Shown here piece by piece: positions 18,941 through 29,023 of a stretch of DNA of 64,000 nt. A program made the position numbers and the translations under genes. The notes beneath the pieces were generated by a model. It made no database searches. It worked only from the letters and a program-made list of their open reading frames with translations, and was not told the origin of the DNA. This DNA is from a virus. The stretch lies in IMG/VR virus record IMGVR_UViG_3300035092_000015, positions 1 through 64,000 of that record. The stretch is one strand, 5' to 3'. Positions within the stretch are counted from its first letter, which is position 1. Each line of letters opens with the position of its first letter.

Positions 18941-19629
18941 CGGGCGTCTCCTTGTCCCGGGACCCCGGAGGTGTTCCCGCCGTCGGCGTGGTATCGCCAG
19001 GTCCGCTCCGCCAGGTGCACCATCTGCTGGCTGTTCCTGACCGCGTACTGCGACAACCCGATGATGTGGTACCAATCCTCGTTGCCGTACTTCTGCGAGT
19101 CGCCCTGGAACGGGTCGTTGATGAACCCGACCGCCTGGGCGGCGTCGGTCCGGACCAGGAACGTGATCGTGGTGTGGTGCGGGGTGGCCGGGTTGAACGG
19201 GATCCCGAAATGCCCGAGCGGGTCATTGTCCTCGGTCATCCACGGGAACACGAACATCGCCCCGGTCGCCTCCGCGACCTCCAGACACCGTTGCAGGTGC
19301 TGCGGCAGCCACTCGTCGTCCGAATCGCACCACGCCATCCACTCGGTCTGGACCTGGTCCAGGATCTGCTGGCGGGTCCAGCCGGCGCCGTGTCCGTCGC
19401 GGTCGTTTACGACCAGGATCCGGTCGGGTTGGCGGGTCTGGTTGACGATCGACCGGAGTGTCCGCTCGAGCTTCCCGTTCACGTACCGGGCGGGGTGGGC
19501 GGCGACGCAGGCGGTGACGGTGCCTGGGATCAAGGTGCGGACGGCCCGGTCCAGGTAGTGCTCTAGCGAGTACTCCGTCTCGGTCTCGGCCTCGGTCGCG
19601 TCGGTCGCGTCGTCGATCAACTCACCCAT
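18937..19629 (-). CDS. Glycosyltransferase family 2 (GT-A)
   Basis: SIVNQT..D.ILVVND, GAGWTR, WCDSDD (DxD). Confidence 0.8.
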   Translation of the reverse strand: MGELIDDATDATEAETETEYSLEHYLDRAVRTLIPGTVTACVAAHPARYVNGKLERTLRSIVNQTRQPDRILVVNDRDGHGAGWTRQQILDQVQTEWMAWCDSDDEWLPQHLQRCLEVAEATGAMFVFPWMTEDNDPLGHFGIPFNPATPHHTTITFLVRTDAAQAVGFINDPFQGDSQKYGNEDWYHIIGLSQYAVRNSQQMVHLAERTWRYHADGGNTSGVPGQGDAR

Positions 19630-19737
19630 GGTGCCCCCTCCACTTCTCTCCGAGCCACTCCGCCAACGCTACCGCCGCTAGGCCCACCAACAAGATGATG
19701 ATGCCGCCCAGACCTTGTGGGTCGTCCCAGCCGCCGT

Positions 19738-20433
19738 TCACCCGCCACCGCCGTGTTCGTGCAGAATCCACCAGGTCGCCCACGGCAGATCCATATTCCA
19801 CCGGACCGGCGCCGGCCCCAGCTGCGACAGCCGCAACAACACCGGCAGCGACAGCTGGTCCTGATGCGACCAGTTCACACACTCAACCCACCACAGATCC
19901 GACAGCGCGATCACCCCCGGGGTGTGCCGGCGTACATTCGCCCCCGTCGCGACCAACCCCCACCCGCCCGGGTGGAACGAACGGTACGCCTCAATCTGGC
20001 GCAGCACCGACGCCGGGTCGTACCGCCAGGTCAACGTCGCCGAGTATTCCCCCTCGGTGTAGATACAGTCCCGCCACGGGTGGCGCATACAGGACCAGTC
20101 GTCCGACCCGAGCGCCTGCAGGCATTTCTCCGGGTAGTCCGGGAACAGCAGCTGCATCGACCCGTCGATCCACAAGCTGACATCCACCCCGGGGCAGGCA
20201 AGCTCCGGGTGGGTCTTCCACCATTTGTGTGCCAACATCGGCCCGGTCACGGCCGGGTCGCCGTTCAGGGTGGCGATCCCGTGCCGGACGATCCGGGGTT
20301 CCCACCCGGCGGCGGCTGCCTTCTCCGCCGTCACCTCCGAATCGGTGTACAGGTAGGCGGGGATCCCGAGGAACGGCAACGGTTTGACCCAATCGTACGG
20401 GCCGTAGATCGCGGTGTACAGCGCGAGGTTCAT
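19738..20433 (-). CDS. DUF616-like glycosyltransferase
   Basis: LYTAIYGPYD, K.HP, SLWIDGS, HPWRDCIYTE and QDQLS motifs. Confidence 0.75.
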   Translation of the reverse strand: MNLALYTAIYGPYDWVKPLPFLGIPAYLYTDSEVTAEKAAAAGWEPRIVRHGIATLNGDPAVTGPMLAHKWWKTHPELACPGVDVSLWIDGSMQLLFPDYPEKCLQALGSDDWSCMRHPWRDCIYTEGEYSATLTWRYDPASVLRQIEAYRSFHPGGWGLVATGANVRRHTPGVIALSDLWWVECVNWSHQDQLSLPVLLRLSQLGPAPVRWNMDLPWATWWILHEHGGGG

Positions 20434-20648
20434 CGGCCGGCCAGGAAACGTTCAACCGTGGCTGAGTTGCGGTCGGTGTACGTCTGCGCTGTCACCCGGG
20501 CGACCTTGCGCAGCCAGTGCGCCCCCGACGGTCCGACTGGCCGGCTGGTTTCGAGCGCGTTGGCGTATTCGATCAACGATTTGACCGACGGCGGTGCGGG
20601 TACCAGCTGGACGTCGACCCACCACAGCAGCCGGTTGAGCAGCTTCAT
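20430..20648 (-). CDS. Hypothetical protein
   Basis: TGATG/ATGA coupling. Confidence 0.45.
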   Translation of the reverse strand: MKLLNRLLWWVDVQLVPAPPSVKSLIEYANALETSRPVGPSGAHWLRKVARVTAQTYTDRNSATVERFLAGR

Positions 20649-21187
20649 CACTCGTACCCCCGGACCGGTGCGTGGGCGGCGATCGCCTGCAGGTTGACGT
20701 GTAGCCGCCAGTTCCACTCCGCATCCGCCAGTGCGTTGTGCCGGTCCTTCGCAGGCGGCAGGATCTGCTCCGGGTCGACCCCCAACCGGTGCGCCTCCTG
20801 CTGCAGGTCGTTGGTCCACATCGGGATCCCGTTCGGATGGTCGTTCATCGTCCCGTATAGCTGGCACAACACCACATGGTCGTAGGCGCCGTACCAGGCC
20901 CACAACTCGACCGGTTCGCCCGGCCCGGTCAGGAACTGGTGGACCTGCTCGGCGATGGTCTCCCGTTCGCGGAACACTGGGTTGTATTCATCCAGACGCC
21001 CGTCGGGGGTGTGTGGGAGGCTCGGGAGGACGTTCTCGACCAGCCACGGGTGTCTCCGGATCCGCCGCCACGGCGCGTCCAAGTCGACCGCGTAGTACAT
21101 ATCGCCTCGGTCGTTGACAATCCCGATCGAGATCAGATCGACCGTCCGGCCGTCCTCCAGGAACTCACAATCGTAGTAGAACCTCAC
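20648..21187 (-). CDS. DEDDh 3'-5' exoribonuclease (Rv2179c/RNase AS-like)
   Basis: FYYDCEFLEDG, LISIG, WAWYGAYDHV, HNALADA. Confidence 0.85.
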   Translation of the reverse strand: MRFYYDCEFLEDGRTVDLISIGIVNDRGDMYYAVDLDAPWRRIRRHPWLVENVLPSLPHTPDGRLDEYNPVFRERETIAEQVHQFLTGPGEPVELWAWYGAYDHVVLCQLYGTMNDHPNGIPMWTNDLQQEAHRLGVDPEQILPPAKDRHNALADAEWNWRLHVNLQAIAAHAPVRGYE

Positions 21188-22011
21188 CCCAACGCCTCAT
21201 TCCGGTAAGTCAGGACAGCCTCACGCATCAAGTCCAGATCGTACCGGGGCCGCCAACCGAGCAGATCCCACCCCTCGCCCGCCGCGTGGATCTCCGACTC
21301 GATCTCCCCCTGGCGCATCGGCAGGAAATCGAACCGTGGCATCTTCCACCCGGTTGCACTGGCCGCCACCCACGCGACCTGCTTCACCGTCATCGGCACC
21401 CCGGTCCCGCCGTCGAACACCCGATCCGCGTCGCAGTGCTCGACCGCATCCACCAACATCCGCGCGAGGTCGTCCACGTGGATCATGTCGACGGTCTGCT
21501 CGCCCGACCCCCAGACCGGCAGCGGTTCCTGGCGCCACGCCTTCACCGCGAACGTCGGCAGGATCTTCTGCGGGTGTCCCGGGCCGTGTTTCTGCCCCGG
21601 CCCGTACGCGTTGAACGCCCGCACATGCGCCACCTGCAGCCCCCGGTTGTGGTGCAGCGCGGTGGCGATCCGCTGGGCGGCGATCTTGGTCGCGGTGTAC
21701 AGCGACGGGAACACGTCCGGCATCAAGATCCCGACGTACCGGGCGCCGTTGCGGATACACCACTGCATCACGTTCAACGCCCCCAGGACGTTCACCTTGA
21801 CTGCTTCGTTGGGGGTGTCGAACAGTTCTGCTGTCCCGAGCACCCCGGCGAGGTGGATGACCGCGTTGGCCCCCTCAAGCCCGCCGAGGTGACCGAGGAC
21901 ATCCCCGCCGTGGGTCCGGTCGACTGACCAGGCTTGGTGGCCGGCTTTGCGGGCGGCGACCACGGTGGGTGCGCCGATGAACCCGGATCCGCCGGTGACT
22001 GCGATCTTCAT
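21184..22011 (-). CDS. NAD-dependent epimerase/dehydratase
   Basis: TGGSGFIG, VIHLAG, YTATK (YxxxK), FNAYGPGQ. Confidence 0.9.
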   Translation of the reverse strand: MKIAVTGGSGFIGAPTVVAARKAGHQAWSVDRTHGGDVLGHLGGLEGANAVIHLAGVLGTAELFDTPNEAVKVNVLGALNVMQWCIRNGARYVGILMPDVFPSLYTATKIAAQRIATALHHNRGLQVAHVRAFNAYGPGQKHGPGHPQKILPTFAVKAWRQEPLPVWGSGEQTVDMIHVDDLARMLVDAVEHCDADRVFDGGTGVPMTVKQVAWVAASATGWKMPRFDFLPMRQGEIESEIHAAGEGWDLLGWRPRYDLDLMREAVLTYRNEALG

Positions 22012-22670
22012 GCCCACTCCTCGGTGAGTTCGGCCAACGCCTGTTCGGGGGTGATAGCGGTGACCCGGTCCAGTACCGCAGGGGGGACGGTGGTCCAGTC
22101 CTGCCAAATCTCGACCAGCCGCCGGTCCGGTGCCCACTCCTGGGGGTGGGCTGGGAACCCTGACACTACCAGACACCCGGTGGGCCAGGTGTCGACCAGG
22201 CGCAGCCGCAGATCCGGTCGGTATTCGGCGAGCATCCGGCGGATCTTCCACACGTCGCCGGTCCAGTCCCCCAGGATGGGGGTGCCGACGGGGATCCGGC
22301 GGGCTTCTTCCTGGTTACGGGGCAGGACGTCGTCGAGCGCGACGATCGAGCGGGGGTGGCAGTACCGGGCGATGTTCTGGAAGTCCCGTACGACGTATTC
22401 GATCAGGTGCATCCCGTCGATGTACGCCAGGTCGATCTGCCACCCATCAGGTCGGGGGTCGGCGAAGAACTCATCGGAGGTCATGCTGTGGATCTTCTGG
22501 TTCGCGGTCTCCACGACCAGCGGCTGCGGGTCGATCCCGATCGCGACCTCGGCTGCGAACGCCAGGTTCAGGCTGTACCCGTGTTGAACCCCGACCTCCA
22601 GGTAGGTTTTCGGCCGGACCAGCCGGTGCAGCCCGGTCAGGAACCCACGGGTGTCGCTTAGATCGACCAT
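22008..22670 (-). CDS. Class I SAM-dependent methyltransferase (Methyltransf_24-like)
   Basis: YLEVGVQHG, DLAYIDGMH, ALDD, WTGDVWK. Confidence 0.85.
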   Translation of the reverse strand: MVDLSDTRGFLTGLHRLVRPKTYLEVGVQHGYSLNLAFAAEVAIGIDPQPLVVETANQKIHSMTSDEFFADPRPDGWQIDLAYIDGMHLIEYVVRDFQNIARYCHPRSIVALDDVLPRNQEEARRIPVGTPILGDWTGDVWKIRRMLAEYRPDLRLRLVDTWPTGCLVVSGFPAHPQEWAPDRRLVEIWQDWTTVPPAVLDRVTAITPEQALAELTEEWA

Positions 22671-23341
22671 GGCCGGAACCCCCACTTCTCGACAAACAAC
22701 GCCATGTCGACCCCGGTCCTGGCCTGCAACTCCGGGCGGGTCGAGGTCGACTGGTCCGGATACAGATGCCGGACCTCATCCCGGGGCATGATCAACGTCC
22801 CGCCCAACCGGCGGGCCTGCATGTCCAGGTCGTTGTCCCCGCACCACCAGGCGAACCGTTCGTCGGCCCGCAGGTTCCCCTCGCCGCGCAGCAGGAACGC
22901 CCACCCGGGCATCCGTTCATGCAACGCCGTCAACCCCGGTTCGCGGTGGAATACCGGCTCGTGGACCGGGCCGAACCCGGCAGCATAGCACCCCCCCAGG
23001 CGCATCGGGGTCGACAACCGGTCGAACCAGTCCGGCGGAAGGATCGCATCGTCGTTGCACACCGCCACGTCGTACATCGTCCGGTTAGTGCTCGACATGT
23101 TGGCGACCGCGACCCGCCCGAGCCCGACGTTCCACAGCCGGGACAGGTTCGGCGGCTGCTCCGGGTGGTGCTCCACCACAACCAGCGGGTGCCGGTGATC
23201 GTCGAAATAGCCGCCCAAGTCGGAGTTGTCCACTACCACCACCCACGCGTTCTGGGCCTGGGCGGCGGCGATCGCTTCGCGCAGTTCTTTGTCCCGTTCG
23301 CCTCGGGTGGTGATCACCGCATACCGGGGGATCCGGTCCAT
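22658..23341 (-). CDS. Glycosyltransferase family 2
   Basis: VVVVDNS, WNVG, VCNDD, GWAFLLR, WWCGDND. Confidence 0.8.
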   Translation of the reverse strand: MDRIPRYAVITTRGERDKELREAIAAAQAQNAWVVVVDNSDLGGYFDDHRHPLVVVEHHPEQPPNLSRLWNVGLGRVAVANMSSTNRTMYDVAVCNDDAILPPDWFDRLSTPMRLGGCYAAGFGPVHEPVFHREPGLTALHERMPGWAFLLRGEGNLRADERFAWWCGDNDLDMQARRLGGTLIMPRDEVRHLYPDQSTSTRPELQARTGVDMALFVEKWGFRPWSI

Positions 23342-23841
23342 CAACGCTCCTTGTCGGGGTAGACGAGTTGGCCGTCGTACATCAGCCACATCCTGGACAG
23401 CTGGACCTCCATGTCCTGGATAGCCGACAGGAGCCACCTCCGGAACTCCTCAGCGGTAACTCTGTCCCGGTTGAAGATCGGCAGCCGGATAATCAGCCCA
23501 AGCCGGTCGGTCAGCGACTTGTGCGGCGGGATGGTCTGCGACAGGTAGTGCCGTTCTTCCGGCTCGGGGTCGGTGTAGCCGTTCATAGCCGGGAACCGCA
23601 TGCGGTGCAAGAACCGGTTCGGGTCCCGCACCTCGACCCGCAGCACCATCCAATCGACCATATAACCCGGAGGCGTAAACAGTGGGCTGGACGGGTCGAC
23701 CTGGTCCGGAGACAGCAACTCGAACCGCCACCCCGGTTTGTAACTGTGCCGGCGCAGCTGGGCCCGGTACCAACCATCGGTACCCGGCGGGGACAGAGCA
23801 TCCAGCACCTGCTCGCGGCGTTCCTGGACCGGGTCTTTCAC
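23341..23841 (-). CDS. Hypothetical protein
   Basis: Coupled ORF, YKPGWRF motif. Confidence 0.5.
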   Translation of the reverse strand: MKDPVQERREQVLDALSPPGTDGWYRAQLRRHSYKPGWRFELLSPDQVDPSSPLFTPPGYMVDWMVLRVEVRDPNRFLHRMRFPAMNGYTDPEPEERHYLSQTIPPHKSLTDRLGLIIRLPIFNRDRVTAEEFRRWLLSAIQDMEVQLSRMWLMYDGQLVYPDKER

Positions 23842-24821
23842 GACTGGTACGCCTTCAGCCAACGCCAAGCGTTCCCCTCCACCGTCCGGGTCGCGGCCCA
23901 CTCCCGACCCGCCTGCGCCATCTCGTCGCGCAGCTGCGGCGATTTGGTCAACGTCCACAGGTGTTTATCCCACTGTTTCGGGTCAGACACCAGGAACCCG
24001 GTCTTGCCGTGTTGGACCGACTCGCGGTACGCGACCACATCCGACGCGACCACCGGGAACCCCAGCGCGTTCGCCTCCAGACAGCGCAGGTCCGACTTGG
24101 AGGTGTTGAACACCGTCGGCGCCAGCGGCGCCACCGCGAAATGCCAATCCAGCAGGTGGTAGAACCGGTCGTGTCCGACCCAATCGGTCCTGCGGTGCGG
24201 GTGGACGCTGGGGAACGACGGCGGGGTCGATCCGACCGTGTGGAACTCCACCGGGACCCCCTGCTGCCGGGCCTGGTTGAACCAACGCCCGATCGGGTTC
24301 GCGGCGCGGGCCCAGTCGCCGGTGTGGGTGGCCGACCCTTGCCAGCCGACGGTGATCCGGTCGACGTGGTACCCGTGTTGCCAGTCCAGTAACGCCGCCG
24401 GGATGCAGTTCGGTACGACGTGGATGTTCCGGTTGTACTGGGCTAGCCGTTCTGCCAGCGGGGCGGTGGAGACGGTGACCACGTCGGCGACCTGCAGGTT
24501 GGCGATGATGTTCGCCTGGATCTGCGGGTTGTTGAAGAACTCGACGCTCGGGTTGTGCTGGTCCAGGTTCAACAGGTCGTCGTCGACCTCGTACACCAGT
24601 TTCGGCCGGTTCCCTTTCGACCGGGCCATCCGCTGGAAGATCCCGGTCGGGCCTTCCAGGCAGGTCCGTTGGGCGATCACCACGTCGTAATCCCAGAACT
24701 CCTCCTTCAAGGTGTTCCCGAACCGGGTGTGTTCGCCCTGCTCGCGCAAAGCCGCCAGCGGCAGTAGGATCCGGTACCAGGCACAGCCGGCGAAATCGGC
24801 CTGCCAGCCGAAGATCTTCAC
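23838..24821 (-). CDS. Glycosyltransferase (GT-B/GT4-like)
   Basis: GCAWYRILLP, VYEVDD, ADVVTVST, FNTSKSDLRCLE, PVVASD. Confidence 0.85.
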   Translation of the reverse strand: MKIFGWQADFAGCAWYRILLPLAALREQGEHTRFGNTLKEEFWDYDVVIAQRTCLEGPTGIFQRMARSKGNRPKLVYEVDDDLLNLDQHNPSVEFFNNPQIQANIIANLQVADVVTVSTAPLAERLAQYNRNIHVVPNCIPAALLDWQHGYHVDRITVGWQGSATHTGDWARAANPIGRWFNQARQQGVPVEFHTVGSTPPSFPSVHPHRRTDWVGHDRFYHLLDWHFAVAPLAPTVFNTSKSDLRCLEANALGFPVVASDVVAYRESVQHGKTGFLVSDPKQWDKHLWTLTKSPQLRDEMAQAGREWAATRTVEGNAWRWLKAYQS

Positions 24822-25663
24822 AAGACCACCCCGGGGTGTAGTTGACGCATGATCTCGATCGGCACCGGGCGGTACCGGTCGCGGAAGCTGCGCGGGCTGC
24901 GCCCCGCCTGCAGATGGGCCTGGTATAGCGCGTTCTGCTCGGCGAAGGTCAGATCTTCGAACTCCACCCGCAGACTGTGCCGGGGCGGTAGCTTCGCCCG
25001 GTCCAGCTTCTCCCAATCGATGAACCCGACCGCCTCGGGGTCGCTGTACGGCCCAGCCTGCGGGTCGTCGATAGTCCGGTCGGTCCAGGCTTCGAACGGC
25101 TGCCACCCCCGGGCGGTCGCGGCGGCAGCGGCGCCCCGGTCTGGCCCGTCGACGCACCACAGCTGCTGGTACAGCCGGTCGATCCGGTTGTGGGTGCGGG
25201 CGGTGACCCGGTCGAACGTTGCATGCCGCCACAGGTGCAGGTTCGACCGGGGCAGGTCACTGATACTGGACAGGTAGACCAGCCCGTACCCGCCGCGTCC
25301 CATCGCCTGCAACCGGCGGGCCACCCCGATCGGGTCGACCAGTGCCAGGACCGGGGCGACCCGGGCGATCCGCTGTGCGATCGCCGGGGTGACGCTGGCC
25401 TGCCGCCCGCTGTGTAGCCCTTCGACGGTTTTACCCCAGACGGCTGCCTCGAGCGCGATCTGGTACAGGCTCATTCCCTGCTCAAGCAGCGCCTCGATGT
25501 GCAGCCGGGTGGGGAGGGCGTTGATCCGTGACTGCCAGGTCCCGTAGGCGAGGGCCCGGGTGCGGCGGGCTTTCAACTGCCGCCGGTATTCGGCGCAGTC
25601 GGTGCAGCCGACGTGGTAGCGGGCTCGGTGGTTGGGGCAGATTCGTGGCTGTGGCGGGACCAT
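24818..25663 (-). CDS. Putative DNA-binding protein (Zn motif plus HTH)
   Basis: H...GCTDC, GMSLYQIA HTH-like, RRLQAM motif. Confidence 0.55.
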   Translation of the reverse strand: MVPPQPRICPNHRARYHVGCTDCAEYRRQLKARRTRALAYGTWQSRINALPTRLHIEALLEQGMSLYQIALEAAVWGKTVEGLHSGRQASVTPAIAQRIARVAPVLALVDPIGVARRLQAMGRGGYGLVYLSSISDLPRSNLHLWRHATFDRVTARTHNRIDRLYQQLWCVDGPDRGAAAAATARGWQPFEAWTDRTIDDPQAGPYSDPEAVGFIDWEKLDRAKLPPRHSLRVEFEDLTFAEQNALYQAHLQAGRSPRSFRDRYRPVPIEIMRQLHPGVVL

Positions 25664-26112
25664 GGATCTCTCCGGGGTGGCGGGGCGTCGAACAGGGTGG
25701 CGGGTGGTTCGGCCAACTCGGTGGCTCCCCACGGGGTGAGCCAGACGGGGCAGTTGTGGATGCGGGCCCGTTCGACACAATCGGCGGTGCCGGACGACTG
25801 GCCGGGCGGACCCGGGAAGGCCAGGCAGCAGTACGCGTAGGGCCAGTTCTCGGCCCACATGTGGGCGTTACGGATCGGACCGGCGCGGCGACCCATCCGC
25901 CAATCAGCCGGATACGGAACCTGGTAGACGTCGGGGTGGTCCTGCTCTTCGACCCAAACCCGGACGATCTCATCCAGCCCCCGCTCCGCAGCACCGTGCA
26001 CGACCTTGAACAGCTCACCTCGGGCGATGGCCACGTCGCGCAGCAGCCCGAGCGCCTGCCGGGGCAGGGTCGGTGGGGCGTAGAACCGCCAGCCGGTGGC
26101 GACGATCAACAT
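25573..26112 (-). CDS. SLOG/YspA-like (DUF2493) protein
   Basis: LIVATGWR, VVHGAAERGLD, AGPIRNAHM, CLAFPG, SSGTADC. Confidence 0.75.
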   Translation of the reverse strand: MLIVATGWRFYAPPTLPRQALGLLRDVAIARGELFKVVHGAAERGLDEIVRVWVEEQDHPDVYQVPYPADWRMGRRAGPIRNAHMWAENWPYAYCCLAFPGPPGQSSGTADCVERARIHNCPVWLTPWGATELAEPPATLFDAPPPRRDPWSRHSHESAPTTEPATTSAAPTAPNTGGS

Positions 26113-26278
26113 GCGGCTCTCCATCCCGGGCGGGATTCGCGGGCGACAGTGGCCATGATCTGCTCGGCGCAGCGGCGGTGCAGGTAGCGGGTACCGTCCA
26201 GGGTTTCGAGGGTGCTGCACGGTTGGCGGCAGCCGGCGCACAAGCCCACCCGGGGCGGGGTGGATCTGCGCAGCCAGT

Positions 26279-26557
26279 TCATGGCAGGTCCTGCTCCGGC
26301 GGGCCGGTCTCACCCTCGTCCGCCTCGTCCGGCGGTTCGGGGGTTGGGGCGGTGGCGACGTCACCAGCGGGGTCGATGTCGCGCCAGCGGCTGTCGCCGG
26401 GGCGGGTCCCGCCGTGTCCGAGCGGACCCTCATATTCGGCTAGCCACGTCTTGGCCTTGTCCAGCCAGGGCGTGGCGTCGCCTGGCTGGATCCCACGGGC
26501 GATGCTGTTGAAAAGCCCGGCGGCCCGCTCGAGCAGGTCCTGGTCCTTGCTATTCAC
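26279..26557 (-). CDS. Hypothetical protein
   Basis: Coupled ORF. Confidence 0.45.
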   Translation of the reverse strand: MNSKDQDLLERAAGLFNSIARGIQPGDATPWLDKAKTWLAEYEGPLGHGGTRPGDSRWRDIDPAGDVATAPTPEPPDEADEGETGPPEQDLP

Positions 26558-27059
26558 CCTCGTCCTCCTTGCCCGGGTTCAACACCCGCTCCAAACCGGA
26601 CTGGATCGCCTCCAGTTCGTGACGCAACTCGGCCTCGCTGATCCTATCGGTCTGGAACACCCGGCGGGTGTAGTCCGCCCAATGCCGGACCCCCACCCGC
26701 AGCCGGGCCACTTCCATGTCCGACAGCCGGTCAGCCGCCAGCCGCAGCGTCGTCGCGGACAGCTCAACATCGCCGTCCTCGTCCAGCGTCCCCTGCGCGG
26801 TCCGCGAGACGTACAACGCCCGCATCACCTTGCGCAGCGCCTCGTCCTGCTCCGGGTTCGCGACCTCCAGCCCGGTGATCCGCAGTTCGACCGACCGGTC
26901 CTTGTCCTCGTCCGGGGCGGGTTCGTTGCGGACTGCGTGCTTCAACTCCCCGACCACCATGATCCGGGCGCCCTGGTTGCGGTACAGCCGGTCGGCGTAA
27001 AGCTCGACCGCCTCCTGGGCGGAGGTGGACGGTTTGCCGCTGATCTTAACGGTGGTCAC
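26550..27059 (-). CDS. Hypothetical protein
   Basis: AGGAGG RBS, downstream of promoter at 27.1 kb. Confidence 0.6.
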   Translation of the reverse strand: MTTVKISGKPSTSAQEAVELYADRLYRNQGARIMVVGELKHAVRNEPAPDEDKDRSVELRITGLEVANPEQDEALRKVMRALYVSRTAQGTLDEDGDVELSATTLRLAADRLSDMEVARLRVGVRHWADYTRRVFQTDRISEAELRHELEAIQSGLERVLNPGKEDEGE

Positions 27060-27089
27060 GACTGGTTTCCCTCCTGGATGGTTCCCGCA

Positions 27090-27118
27090 AGCAAAACATG
27101 TGTCACACTGGATGTCAA
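27090..27118 (-). promoter_or_regulatory. Leftward promoter/operator
   Basis: TTGACA-N17-TTTGCT, with TGACAT-CCAGT-GTGACA. 19 bp are identical to 43011-43029. Confidence 0.55.
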
Positions 27119-27775
27119 TCAGGCGGGGTCGGGTTCAAGACTCCAACACGGGGTCACCCGCGCCAACGCCCGCGACTGCTGCCGGTCGACCTCGGTGAAC
27201 GGATGCTGCAGCATCGCCGCCGCGATCGCACAACACACCGCCGCCTCGGCCAGGTTGTGATCCGCCTGCCCGTTCGCCCGGTCGATCTGGAAGAACGGCC
27301 ACTGCTCCCGGACCGCCTTGACCATCCTGGTTTTAGCCACCGCCCCCGACCCCAGCTGACCCGTCCCGGTTGCGTAGATCTTCAACTGTGGCGACGGGGC
27401 GATATACACCGGGATCCGGTCGGTCAGCAGAACGTCGATGATCAGACACCACATGTACGACCGTTCGATCTGCCCCCCGTACGATTGGGCCATGTCCAGC
27501 CCCTCGATGCACACCGCGTCCGGTTTGAACCCAGCTGCGTACCCGCCGATCTGCAACGCGAGTGCGGTCAGCTTCGGGATCCGTATCCCCCACGGCTGGA
27601 TGGTCAGTTTGTCCTCGCCGAACAGACGGCATTCGCCGCTGGACAGCGCCACCCCGGTTGCGCGCAGCGACATGTCGATCCCGGCTGTCCGGATCGCGGG
27701 CTGGCTCGAGCGAAGCGGCAGGATCTGTGCGTCTACAGCCGGGCGTTCGATGGTAGCAGCGGTCTGATCGGCCAT
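27119..27775 (-). CDS. RuvC-like Holliday junction resolvase
   Basis: AGIDMSLRATGVA, VCIEG, LKIYATG, NLAEA. Confidence 0.75.
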   Translation of the reverse strand: MADQTAATIERPAVDAQILPLRSSQPAIRTAGIDMSLRATGVALSSGECRLFGEDKLTIQPWGIRIPKLTALALQIGGYAAGFKPDAVCIEGLDMAQSYGGQIERSYMWCLIIDVLLTDRIPVYIAPSPQLKIYATGTGQLGSGAVAKTRMVKAVREQWPFFQIDRANGQADHNLAEAAVCCAIAAAMLQHPFTEVDRQQSRALARVTPCWSLEPDPA

Positions 27776-28458
27776 CGCCCGTCCACTCCTTCTGTCGGTT
27801 TCTGGTTCTTGCGCAGGTACTCGGCGAACGACGCGTCCTGCTTCTGCTTCCACTCGACCTGCAGCTGGTGCAGCTGCGGTACCGTCAAGCTGCCCAGGGC
27901 GGGGTAGAGCCGTCCGATCCGCCACACCACCCGGGCGGCTGCGAACGCATCATAGGCCGACCCGTGTGCAGATGCAGCATCCCAGGGGATCCGGTATTGG
28001 TTCGCGAGGGTCTCGAGCTTACGGCTGCCTTTACGGTACGGGTCGACTGCTTTGTCCAGGACGAACGCATCCAACGCGAAGATCTGGCACCGGTCGGTCA
28101 ACGGCGCCACCCCGTACAGGCGGCAGTTCCGGTCCAACATGGTCAGGTCGAACGGGACGTTCATCCCGACCAGCGGGGTGTGTTCGTCGACCATGATCGA
28201 CAGGACCTGGCACAACGCCTCGAGCGTCTCGGCCGGGTCCGCGCCGTTCTCCTTCAGGAACTGCAGCGAGATTTTGTGTATCTCATACCCACCGGGCGGG
28301 TCAGTCAGACCCGGGTGCAGCAGGTATTCGGTGGTTTCGGCGGGCGGGGCGGTCCGGGGGATATTGATGACCGACGCCGACAGGATCAGATCCCGCTCGG
28401 TGTCGACACCGGTCGTCTCGCAGTCGAACCCAACCATCGGCCCGTCGGTCCAGGTCAT
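27733..28458 (-). CDS. DnaQ-like DEDDh 3'-5' exonuclease
   Basis: GFDCETTG, VGMNVPFDL, AHGSAYDA. Confidence 0.9.
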   Translation of the reverse strand: MTWTDGPMVGFDCETTGVDTERDLILSASVINIPRTAPPAETTEYLLHPGLTDPPGGYEIHKISLQFLKENGADPAETLEALCQVLSIMVDEHTPLVGMNVPFDLTMLDRNCRLYGVAPLTDRCQIFALDAFVLDKAVDPYRKGSRKLETLANQYRIPWDAASAHGSAYDAFAAARVVWRIGRLYPALGSLTVPQLHQLQVEWKQKQDASFAEYLRKNQKPTEGVDGRWPIRPLLPSNARL

Positions 28459-28808
28459 CGCCGGACCCACCCGGCTTGGCGCAGCCCCTCGAACAGCTGC
28501 TCGGCCGGTTGGTGCCAACGCATCCACACCTGGCCGTTGGTGTATGCGCTGGTCTGGGTGGGGATCGGGCCTTGCCGGTCCAGGACCATCCTGGACAGTT
28601 CGACCTGCCATCCGCCGTCCGCGTCCATGTATCGGCGTCGAACCTCGACCATCGGCCCGTCGCCCGGGTCGTCCTCGTGCGGGAACAGCACCACCCCGTC
28701 GCGGCCGTCCGGCAGGGCTCCGGTGGTCCGCTGGACGTGCCACAACTCATCGGCGTTGGACATCTCGCTGGCCGTCTCGTAGACCGGCAGCCACAGGGTG
28801 ATCTTCAT
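28455..28808 (-). CDS. Hypothetical protein
   Basis: ATGA coupling. Confidence 0.5.
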   Translation of the reverse strand: MKITLWLPVYETASEMSNADELWHVQRTTGALPDGRDGVVLFPHEDDPGDGPMVEVRRRYMDADGGWQVELSRMVLDRQGPIPTQTSAYTNGQVWMRWHQPAEQLFEGLRQAGWVRR

Positions 28809-29023
28809 GCCGCGAACCACATGAACAGGTGGATCAGCCCGAACACGCACGCGACCGGGATCAAAGTGACCAGCCCGATCACGGAGCCAGCGTCCAGCTT
28901 CGGACGCCACCACTCCCACGAACACAGGCACCGGCCGGCGTACCGCAGCTGGTCCTGCCAGACCCACAACAACATCGGGCCGACCACAGCCACGACCGGC
29001 AACATGAGATAGAGGGCGATCAC
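28805..29023 (-). CDS. Small membrane protein
   Basis: GGAGG RBS, two hydrophobic segments. Confidence 0.45.
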   Translation of the reverse strand: MIALYLMLPVVAVVGPMLLWVWQDQLRYAGRCLCSWEWWRPKLDAGSVIGLVTLIPVACVFGLIHLFMWFAA

